From Spirochaetia bacterium (GTDB lineage: Bacteria; Spirochaetota; Spirochaetia; CADAEX01): a DNA stretch of 64,000 nucleotides. The stretch is taken from NCBI GenBank assembly GCA_045606105.1, contig JAZURI010000005.1:1-64000 (forward strand), read 5' to 3'. A program made the position numbers and the translations under genes. The number at the start of each line of letters is the position of its first letter. The first letter of the stretch is position 1. Positions 10,977-19,329 of the stretch are shown in pieces. The notes beneath the pieces are model-generated. The model ran no database searches and was not told where the DNA came from. It saw only the letters and a program-made list of their open reading frames with translations.

Positions 10977-12604
10977 GATTTCTTCTTGCGGCGCTGATTG
11001 CGGTACTGGCTGCAGTTCCTGCCTTTTCGGAGGATGGAAACCGCCAGAGAATCATTCCGCTGGACAGCGACATCTACAAGGATATCGATACCCTTTACCT
11101 GATAAACGGATATACACCGCCATCCTATGCCAGACCATGGAGCGAGGCAGAGGTGGATTTCATACTGAAAAAGCTCAATCCGGAAAAATTTACCGGCCCT
11201 GAAAAGCTGGCCTATGACAACATCCTCAAAAACATGGAGAAAAACATTATCCTGGGCAAGGGAGAAAAGGCCGGACTGGCTCTGGGTGCGGAAGTAAACC
11301 TGGAGGCTTATTACCAGACCGACAATGACAGGGATGAATGGATCCACGGCTACGAGGAGAGGCTTCCCCTGCTGAAGATTCCGGTGGAAAGCTGGCTCTG
11401 GAACAGCCTGTATATCGGCATTGATGTGTATATCAAGGAAGCCCACGATGTGGCAACCGATTCTGACTATGACTATACCAATGCACCGGAACAGTTCCAG
11501 TACATTGATGCAGCCATTCCGTTCAGGGCATTTCTTTCTCTGGGGGGTGAAAACTGGAACATCCAGTACGGCCGGGACAAGCTCAGCTGGGGAAACGGTG
11601 TCACAAGCAATCTCCTTCTTTCCGATTATGCCGATTATTACAATTTCCTGAAGTTTACAACCTACTGGAAGGTGCTTAAATTCACGACTGTATATGCCAG
11701 CCTGGATTCTCACCTTACTACAGAGGAAAAGGATATAGACAGCACCGATCCGGGCCTTACACAGGGCAACTACGACAACTACCGGGAACAGTACAAGGCA
11801 TTCCTGGGCCACAGACTGGAGGCCCGTGTTACAGACCGCCTGAGCCTGGCCCTGAGCGAAGCGGTGATTTTCGGAAACAAGTATCCCGAAATGGGAAACA
11901 TTAACCCGGTATCGGTATTTCACAGTATCTTTGCCCCGGAATACAGCAATGTAATGGCCTCCGTGGAAGCCAACTATTCTGCAATGAAGGGACTTGATCT
12001 CTATCTGCAGGTAGCCATGGACGAGCTCCAGATATCGCTGGAGGACAGCGGCTCCAGGCCGGGTGCCCTGGGTTATCTGGGTGGGGCAAAATATGCGTTC
12101 CCGCTTCACGAGGGCTTCATGACAGTGAGCCTGGAGGGGGCATGGACAGATCCGTTCCTCTATAACAGATGGCATCCTCTTACCCGTTTCACCGCACGCC
12201 GCCGTTACTGGTCATATATCGAAGACGGCTACATGTATGTGGACAAGCCTATCGGATACCGTTACGGACCGGATGCCGTGGTATGCTATCTGGGAGCCGA
12301 ATACAGGGTGCCGGCAAGCTTCAGTCTGGGAGCCGATGTTACAATGAAATTCATGGGTGAGCTCAACGACTCCCTTTCAGATCCGTTCTCCTACGATACC
12401 GGCGACAGTGCCAACGACAAGAATTCTCCATCCGGAACAGTTGAACGGGAAATCGTGGTAGGCCTCCACGGGGAAAAGCATGTAAATGAAAAATTCCGTG
12501 TAGGGGGAGATATCTACTACATAAATGTGGATAATTATCAGAATATTTCAGGCGAAACCATCAACGACCTGGAGATAGCGGTCCACTGCTCCTATAAATT
12601 CTGA
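10961..12604 (+). CDS. Second Wzi-like outer-membrane beta-barrel protein
   Basis: Signal peptide, GRDKLSWG, HRLE, GYRYGPD, ends YKF. Confidence 0.62.
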   Translation: MAGLLRFLLAALIAVLAAVPAFSEDGNRQRIIPLDSDIYKDIDTLYLINGYTPPSYARPWSEAEVDFILKKLNPEKFTGPEKLAYDNILKNMEKNIILGKGEKAGLALGAEVNLEAYYQTDNDRDEWIHGYEERLPLLKIPVESWLWNSLYIGIDVYIKEAHDVATDSDYDYTNAPEQFQYIDAAIPFRAFLSLGGENWNIQYGRDKLSWGNGVTSNLLLSDYADYYNFLKFTTYWKVLKFTTVYASLDSHLTTEEKDIDSTDPGLTQGNYDNYREQYKAFLGHRLEARVTDRLSLALSEAVIFGNKYPEMGNINPVSVFHSIFAPEYSNVMASVEANYSAMKGLDLYLQVAMDELQISLEDSGSRPGALGYLGGAKYAFPLHEGFMTVSLEGAWTDPFLYNRWHPLTRFTARRRYWSYIEDGYMYVDKPIGYRYGPDAVVCYLGAEYRVPASFSLGADVTMKFMGELNDSLSDPFSYDTGDSANDKNSPSGTVEREIVVGLHGEKHVNEKFRVGGDIYYINVDNYQNISGETINDLEIAVHCSYKF

Positions 12605-12611
12605 CAAACGA

Positions 12612-12639
12612 CCGGGTTCTGAAGAATCCGGCTTTTTTT
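12612..12639 (+). terminator. Intrinsic terminator
   Basis: ccgggttc/gaatccgg stem followed by T7. Confidence 0.7.
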
Positions 12640-12652
12640 GTTTTGCAGATAC

Positions 12653-12685
12653 AAAAAAAATCCCGGCTGTTGACCGGGATTTTTT
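12653..12685. terminator. Bidirectional intrinsic terminator downstream of pyc
   Basis: A8-tcccgg-loop-ccggga-T6. Confidence 0.75.
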
Positions 12686-12707
12686 ATTATCGGGACTGTG
12701 CCTGAGC

Positions 12708-15700
12708 TTACTCGAGAACTACCAGGAGATCGCCCTTTTCAACTGCATCGCCTACATCGAAGAGAAGTTCCTTTACAGTTCCGCTGATAGGTGCCTTGAT
12801 GTTTGTTTCCATCTTCATGGCTTCTGTTACCATGATTACGTCTCCTTCGGAAACCTTGTCGCCTCTGCTGATCATAAGCTTGAATACCTTTCCAGGCATT
12901 GGTGCACCTATGTGGCGCTTGTTGAACTTGTCTGCCTTCTGTCTTTCCTTAACTACTGTCTGTACGGAATTGTCCTTGATGGTAACGCTTCTTGCAAGAC
13001 CGTTAAGCTCGAAGTATACAGTTCTTGTTCCGTCAGGTCTGATACTTCCTACGGAAATCAGCTTGATGATAAGTGTCTTTCCTTCGTCCAGGTTAACTGT
13101 AATTTCCTGACCCGGTTCAAGACCGTAGAAGAATACAGGTGTAGGAAGAAGTGATACATCGAAGTAGCTCTTTCTGTGCTTGATGTAATCCATGTATACA
13201 TGTGGATAAAGAACATAAGACATAAGCTGCTGATCGTCGATGCGTCTTTCGATGGCATCCTCGAGTGTCTTCTTTGTAGAAGCAAAGTCAACAGGCTCAA
13301 GAAGCTCTCCAGGACGGCAGTTGATAGGTTCTTCGCCCTTGAGAATTGCCTTCTGTACGTCTTCCGGGAATCCCTGGTAAGGCTGACCTACCATACCTTT
13401 CATGAAATCGATAACAGACTGTGGGAATGTAAGTTCAGGAGCTTTGGCAACCACATCCTTTGTGGAAAGGTTGTTCTGAACCAGGAACATTGCCATGTCG
13501 GCAACAATCTTGGAAGATGGTGTAACCTTGATGATATCTCCGAAAAGGTCGTTGACATCGTGGTACATCTTCTTGCATTCTTCCCATTTGTCTATAAGTC
13601 CGAGACCTGCAACCTGTGGCTTGTAGTTTGAGTACTGTCCGCCAGGAATCTCGTTGTAGTAAACTTCTGCTGTACCTGTTTTGAGGTCGCTTTCGAATGC
13701 ACTGTAGTAGCTGCGTACAACTTCCCAGTAGTTTGAAATAGGATTAAGACCTTCAAGCTTGATACCTGTATCTCTTTCCTGTCCCTGGAGTGCTGCAACG
13801 ATGGCGTTGAGGCTTGGCTGGGATGTAACGCCTGAGAGTGAAGAAATAGCTGCATCCACAATATCGACACCTGCATCGGCTGCTCTCAGGAGCATTGCAA
13901 CTCCGTTTCCGGATGTGTCGTGTGTATGGAGATGAACAGGAATTGAAATCTCGTTCTTGAGTGCTGTGATAAGCTTTGTTGCGGCATATGGCTTGATAAG
14001 ACCTGCCATGTCCTTGATACCCAGGATATGAGCACCCATGCTTTCCAGTTCTTTTGCAACCTTTACATAATATTCGAGAGGATATTTGTCTCTCTTAGGA
14101 TCCAGGATGTCTCCTGTATAACACATTGTAGCTTCGCAGAGTTTTCCGCTCTTGAGAACAGCTTCCATAGGAACCTTCATTCCCTTTGTCCAGTTGAGGC
14201 TGTCGAATACTCTGAATACGTCGATTCCGGCTGCTGCGGATTCTTCAACGAACTTCTCTACAACATTGTCAGGATAGTTTGTATAACCTACTGTGTTTGA
14301 AGCACGGAGAAGCATCTGGAACATTACGTTCGGAACTGCTTCACGGAGCTTTGCAAGACGGGCCCAAGGACATTCCTTGAGGAATCTGAGTGCTACGTCG
14401 AATGTAGCTCCGCCCCACATTTCCATGGAGAAAAGTTCAGGAGTAAGGTAAGCATTTGCTTCCGCGATTCTTGTAAGGTCATATGTTCTTACTCTTGTAG
14501 CAAGGAGAGACTGATGAGCATCTCTCATTGTTGTATCTGTTACAAGGAGCTTCTTCTGATCAAGTACCCACTTGCAGAACTTTTCAGGTCCCATCTCGTC
14601 CAGAAGCTGCTTTGTTCCGCTTGGAGGAGATGTGAGCTTGTTGAGTACAGGCAGCGGAGGCTCTCTGAATTCTGTTGTCTTCTTAGGACTCTTGATAAGC
14701 TCGTTTCCGTTTACAACCACGTTTCCGAGGAAGTTCATGAGTCTGGAAGCTCTGTCTCTGTACTGCTTTACAATCTTGAGTTCAGGATGTGCCTGGATGA
14801 AGGATGTATCGCACTTTCCGGAAAGGAAGATTGAGTTGGAAACCACGTTCTCGAGGAACGGAATGTTGGTCTTTACACCTCTGATCTTGAACTCTCCGAG
14901 AGCTCTCTTCATTACTGTAGCTGCATTCTCGAATGTAAGGGCGTGAGTTGAAACCTTAACCAGGAGAGAGTCGTATGCACCTGTGATAACTGCACCGTTA
15001 TATACGTTTCCTGCGTCAAGTCTTACACCGTAACCTGCCGGTGACTTGTAGGATTTGATTGTTCCCATGTCAGGAGCAAAGTCGTTTTCAGGATCCTCTG
15101 TTGTGATACGGCACTGGATGGCGTAACCGCGCTTTGTGATAACGCTCTGGTCCTTGATACCGATTTCAGGATCTGTAAGAGCATAACCCTCTGCCACCAG
15201 GATCTGTGTACGAACAAGGTCCCAGCCTGTGATAAGCTCTGTAACTGTGTGCTCTACCTGAAGTCTTGGGTTCATCTCGATAAAGTAGAAGTTTTCGTCC
15301 TTATCTACAAGGAACTCTACTGTACCTGCGTTTCTGTATTTAACCTGGCTTGCAATCTTGATTGCGCACTGGCAGAGCTTTTCTCTGAGTTCATCGGAAA
15401 TTGCAAGTGACGGAGCAAACTCGATAACCTTCTGATGTCTTCTCTGGATAGAACAGTCTCTTTCAAAGAAGTGAACGATGTTACCGTAATTGTCTCCCAT
15501 AATCTGGATTTCGATGTGTTTAGGATTTTCCAGATATTTTTCAAGGAAAACAGTGTCATCACCGAATGCAACCTTTGCTTCGCTCTTGGCTGCGGCAATA
15601 CCTTCCCTGAGCTCCTGCTGGTTGTTGGCAACTCTCATACCGCGGCCGCCACCGCCTGCTGCTGCCTTGATGATAATCGGATAACCGCACTCCTTTGCAA

Positions 15701-16154
15701 ACTTGAGAGCATCGGCTTCTGTTTCTATAGGATTTTCAGTTCCCGGAACTACAGGCACACCTGCCTTGATGGCAGCATGTCTTGCCGCAATCTTGTCTCC
15801 GAGAGTCTTCTGCTGTTCTGATGTCGGTCCGATAAATACGATTCCGGCTTCTTCACATCTCTGTGAAAAGTCAGGATTTTCGGAAAGAAATCCGTAACCC
15901 GGATGGATAGCATCTACGTTTTTCTTCTTGGCAAGCTCGATGATTTCATCAATACCAAGATATGCATCAACCGGACTCTTTCCTTTGCCTACAAGATATG
16001 ATTCATCCGCTTTTGTTCTGTAAAGCGACAATCTATCTTCATTTGAGTAAATAGCGACAGTCTTAAGACCAAGCTCGCCACAAGCTCTGAATGTCCTGAT
16101 AGCAATTTCGCCTCTGTTTGCGGACATTATTTTTTTAAATTCTCTGATAGCCAT
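12708..16154 (-). CDS. pyc: Pyruvate carboxylase
   Basis: Biotin carboxylase (NRGEIA), carboxyltransferase (RDAHQS), EAMKM biotinyl motif; start after GAGGAG. Confidence 0.97.
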   Translation of the reverse strand: MAIREFKKIMSANRGEIAIRTFRACGELGLKTVAIYSNEDRLSLYRTKADESYLVGKGKSPVDAYLGIDEIIELAKKKNVDAIHPGYGFLSENPDFSQRCEEAGIVFIGPTSEQQKTLGDKIAARHAAIKAGVPVVPGTENPIETEADALKFAKECGYPIIIKAAAGGGGRGMRVANNQQELREGIAAAKSEAKVAFGDDTVFLEKYLENPKHIEIQIMGDNYGNIVHFFERDCSIQRRHQKVIEFAPSLAISDELREKLCQCAIKIASQVKYRNAGTVEFLVDKDENFYFIEMNPRLQVEHTVTELITGWDLVRTQILVAEGYALTDPEIGIKDQSVITKRGYAIQCRITTEDPENDFAPDMGTIKSYKSPAGYGVRLDAGNVYNGAVITGAYDSLLVKVSTHALTFENAATVMKRALGEFKIRGVKTNIPFLENVVSNSIFLSGKCDTSFIQAHPELKIVKQYRDRASRLMNFLGNVVVNGNELIKSPKKTTEFREPPLPVLNKLTSPPSGTKQLLDEMGPEKFCKWVLDQKKLLVTDTTMRDAHQSLLATRVRTYDLTRIAEANAYLTPELFSMEMWGGATFDVALRFLKECPWARLAKLREAVPNVMFQMLLRASNTVGYTNYPDNVVEKFVEESAAAGIDVFRVFDSLNWTKGMKVPMEAVLKSGKLCEATMCYTGDILDPKRDKYPLEYYVKVAKELESMGAHILGIKDMAGLIKPYAATKLITALKNEISIPVHLHTHDTSGNGVAMLLRAADAGVDIVDAAISSLSGVTSQPSLNAIVAALQGQERDTGIKLEGLNPISNYWEVVRSYYSAFESDLKTGTAEVYYNEIPGGQYSNYKPQVAGLGLIDKWEECKKMYHDVNDLFGDIIKVTPSSKIVADMAMFLVQNNLSTKDVVAKAPELTFPQSVIDFMKGMVGQPYQGFPEDVQKAILKGEEPINCRPGELLEPVDFASTKKTLEDAIERRIDDQQLMSYVLYPHVYMDYIKHRKSYFDVSLLPTPVFFYGLEPGQEITVNLDEGKTLIIKLISVGSIRPDGTRTVYFELNGLARSVTIKDNSVQTVVKERQKADKFNKRHIGAPMPGKVFKLMISRGDKVSEGDVIMVTEAMKMETNIKAPISGTVKELLFDVGDAVEKGDLLVVLE

Positions 16155-16267
16155 GGGACTCCTCACCAATAATTTTTTTTTGGTAATTTATATAATTTTA
16201 CATAGTAAAACGGATTTTCGCAATAGCAAACCTGAAAAATGTGATATAATACTTTTAAGGAGAAAAA

Positions 16268-16555
16268 ATGGAAACCCTTGAACAGGCAATAAGAGCCGAA
16301 GTGGAAAATATTCCGGCCGGAAAGATATTCGATTCACATGTGATAATAAAGCTGCTGCTCCAGAAGCACTGCGACTGCTACCTCAGCCAGATGCCGAAAA
16401 AGGAGAGCGTGACCACAAAGACATATCACAGGCAGATAGCCGATATGATCGGAGCCATGGAGGAGCTGGTTGAAGATGCGGGAGATTCCTTTTCCTTCAA
16501 CATCCACGATACACCGTCGGTATGCAGATGCTGGAAAAGAAAAAAGCCGGATTAA
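16268..16555 (+). CDS. Hypothetical protein
   Basis: AAGGAG RBS and upstream TATAAT; no motif recognised. Confidence 0.6.
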   Translation: METLEQAIRAEVENIPAGKIFDSHVIIKLLLQKHCDCYLSQMPKKESVTTKTYHRQIADMIGAMEELVEDAGDSFSFNIHDTPSVCRCWKRKKPD

Positions 16556-16818
16556 CGCTTGTACTGTATGCTGCGGGATATTTCCTTCAATGAATAGTCA
16601 ATGTCGGAAAGCTCCCTGGCTATGGAGGAAAGACCGCTGGTTACATCGGTAACGAACTGAACATTGCTTTCGCTGTATGTGCCGGTACCGAACATGGCAC
16701 CCCGGGCCAGAAGGCTGCTGTCGTGGGCTTTCAGGGAAAGGAACATGTAACCGCCGGCCACCAGAACCAGAACCTTGACTATTTCCACAACCACCAGAAC
16801 CTTAAGTAATTTTTTCAT
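16552..16818 (-). CDS. Small membrane-anchored hypothetical protein
   Basis: N-terminal hydrophobic helix, AAGGAA RBS. Confidence 0.55.
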   Translation of the reverse strand: MKKLLKVLVVVEIVKVLVLVAGGYMFLSLKAHDSSLLARGAMFGTGTYSESNVQFVTDVTSGLSSIARELSDIDYSLKEISRSIQYKR

Positions 16819-16879
16819 TTTATATTCCTTATTTTATTTGATAAGACTTTATCATTTCTAAGGCACGGAAACAAGGGAG

Positions 16880-16912
16880 AAAAAAAATGCCGGACAGAGC
16901 TGCCCGGCATTT
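16880..16912 (-). terminator. Intrinsic terminator, minus strand
   Basis: aatgccgg/ccggcatt stem followed by T8 on the minus strand. Confidence 0.6.
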
Positions 16913-17029
16913 ACCTAATGTGATGAATCTACACATACCATGTCAATATTCATGATAACAGGTGTAGGATCCGGAGCCGGTACAGGAGGAACTGTTGCGG
17001 CAGAACAAAGTGTACTGTATAATAGACTT

Positions 17030-17497
17030 ATGTCTGAGGAAAAAGAATTTTACAAAAACAAAACCTTAGAGGAAATGACCCCGGAAGAATGGGAAATGCT
17101 CTGCGACGGATGCGGCAAATGCTGTTATAACAAGTATATAACGGGCAGGGGAAAAAACACCAGGCTTTATTATACCAGCGTGAGCTGTAATTTTCTGGAT
17201 GTCGGAACAGGGCGGTGCATGGATTATGAAAACCGGTTCAGGAACAACAGGAACTGCCTGAAACTCTCATTACGCAACCTGAAGGAATTCACATGGCTGC
17301 CGGAAACCTGTGCATACAGGCTGATATATGAAGGAAAGAATCTTCCGGACTGGCATCCTCTGATAAGCGGCATTCCCGTTGCGGAAAATCCGGCGGCCCG
17401 GGAATACCTGATAAAAAACGGAATCCGCGAATCCGAAGCAGAATACTGGGAAGACCATGTAATAAGCTGCTGCAGGTTGACCGATCTACAACAGTAG
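17030..17497 (+). CDS. ycgN: YcgN/UPF0260 cysteine-cluster protein
   Basis: EWEMLCDGCGKCC, WLPETCAYR, WHPLISG; stop codon lies within the terminal CRISPR repeat. Confidence 0.88.
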   Translation: MSEEKEFYKNKTLEEMTPEEWEMLCDGCGKCCYNKYITGRGKNTRLYYTSVSCNFLDVGTGRCMDYENRFRNNRNCLKLSLRNLKEFTWLPETCAYRLIYEGKNLPDWHPLISGIPVAENPAAREYLIKNGIRESEAEYWEDHVISCCRLTDLQQ

Positions 17498-18947
17498 AAA
17501 TTTACTTAGAAGTCTAAACTAACCCATTTCCTGAAGCCATTCCAATCTACAACAGTAGAAATTTACTTAGAAGTCTAAACGGTGCGGCGTAGTCGTTATC
17601 ATCCAATCTACAACAGTAGAAATTTACTTAGAAGTCTAAACGCTCGGTGATAGCCTGGCCGAATTCAATCTACAACAGTAGAAATTTACTTAGAAGTCTA
17701 AACAAGTTGTAAAACCCATTGACCATTTGATCTACAACAGTAGAAATTTACTTAGAAGTCTAAACGATTTCATAAGCTTCTGATAGTTCATATCTACAAC
17801 AGTAGAAATTTACTTAGAAGTCTAAACACGATAGCAATAAACCAATACATCAAAATCTACAACAGTAGAAATTTACTTAGAAGTCTAAACTTTTCTGATA
17901 TTAGTGATATTATCTATCTACAACAGTAGAAATTTACTTAGAAGTCTAAACTTTTCTGATATTACTGATATTATCTATCTACAACAGTAGAAATTTACTT
18001 AGAAGTCTAAACAAGTTGCAAAACCCATTGACCATTTGATCTACAACAGTAGAAATTTACTTAGAAGTCTAAACGAAAGTGGTTAGAATAACAGGCAATT
18101 AATCTACAACAGTAGAAATTTACTTAGAAGTCTAGACTCTTTATTGGTTTTGACACCATCTTTATCTACAACAGTAGAAATTTACTTAGAAGTCTAAACT
18201 CTTGAGCTACTGTCTTCAAATCATACATCTACAACAGTAGAAATTTACTTAGAAGTCTAAACCGATTAAGCTCGGCGATTACCCGGTGATCTACAACAGT
18301 AGAAATTTACTTAGAAGTCTAAACAGGTCCAACTTCTACGATGTTCTGCCAATCTACAACAGTAGAAATTTACTTAGAAGTCTAAACGCTCCGCCTCTCA
18401 ATTCATTGCCTCCATCTACAACAGTAGAAATTTACTTAGAAGTCTAAACTTATCTAAATTCAAAGAAGCTTATGAATCTACAACAGTAGAAATTTACTTA
18501 GAAGTCTAAACGTGAATATATGTATATGGGAATTAAGATCTACAACAGTAGAAATTTACTTAGAAGTCTAAACCGGCAAAAACTTCAGGTAGAACATCAA
18601 TCTACAACAGTAGAAATTTACTTAGAAGTCTAAACTATAGATTCAAGATATGACTGAAACCATCTACAACAGTAGAAATTTACTTAGAAGTCTAAACCGG
18701 CAAAAACCTCAGGTAGAACATCAATCTACAACAGTAGAAATTTACTTAGAAGTCTAAACAGTGTTTCTGTCATTTTTTATCTCCTTATCTACAACAGTAG
18801 AAATTTACTTAGAAGTCTAAACCGAAATCAAGTTCATCTTCCACCTCCTATCTACAACAGTAGAAATTTACTTAGAAGTCTAAACTTCCCGAGGACTGTC
18901 TTGCCGTCCGTATCTACAACAGTAGAAATTTACTTAGAAGTCTAAAC
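17484..18947 (-). CRISPR. Type V-A CRISPR array: 24 repeats of 36 nt, 23 spacers of 25-27 nt
   Basis: Repeat GTTTAGACTTCTAAGTAAATTTCTACTGTTGTAGAT with the Cas12a handle AATTTCTAC-TGTT-GTAGAT; one variant base at 18135. Confidence 0.99.
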
Positions 18948-19053
18948 TCTAACAGTGGGTACAACAGTACCAAAATGGGCTTTTTCTTCAAAGTTTTCAA
19001 AGTTAAGCCTATATAAATTACTGATTTTTCTCAGTAAGACCATAGGTCTGCAA
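18948..19053 (-). promoter_or_regulatory. CRISPR leader
   Basis: AT-rich non-coding segment between the cas2 stop and the first repeat. Confidence 0.8.
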
Positions 19054-19329
19054 TCAACTGATAAGAAAAATTTCTTTCTCTTCATTCTTTGCATATCCAT
19101 AACATGTCTTTTTGCAGCTTTCACTTAATTCAAATATAATAATACTATCTTCTTCTGTAAAGTGTCTTGAATAGATATTTTCTATTTCTGTCTTTATGTT
19201 TCTTAAAACGGTTTCGCTATTGTGTATCTCAAACACCGAATACTGAAGCCGAAAACCGAATTTAGCCAAAAATTTAGAAAATCGTGTTCTGATTTTATCA
19301 TTACTTATGTCATAACTTACCAGAAGCAT
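19054..19329 (-). CDS. cas2: CRISPR-associated Cas2
   Basis: LVSYDIS, RLQYSVFE; 91 aa. Confidence 0.96.
   Translation of the reverse strand: MLLVSYDISNDKIRTRFSKFLAKFGFRLQYSVFEIHNSETVLRNIKTEIENIYSRHFTEEDSIIIFELSESCKKTCYGYAKNEEKEIFLIS

Noticed and set aside
16921-16945. ATCTACA resembling an orphan repeat
   Set aside because: Only 7 nt match and there is no hairpin.
18102-18137. Variant repeat (A->G at 18135)
   Set aside because: The change lies outside the 19-nt handle and is unlikely to matter.
17766-18475. Spacers at 17766 and 18450 share TCATAAGCTTCT in opposite orientation
   Set aside because: The flanks disagree, so they are not overlapping protospacers; likely chance.
17520-18911. 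Self-targeting spacers within the window
   Set aside because: No match noticed by eye; an exhaustive alignment could not be run.
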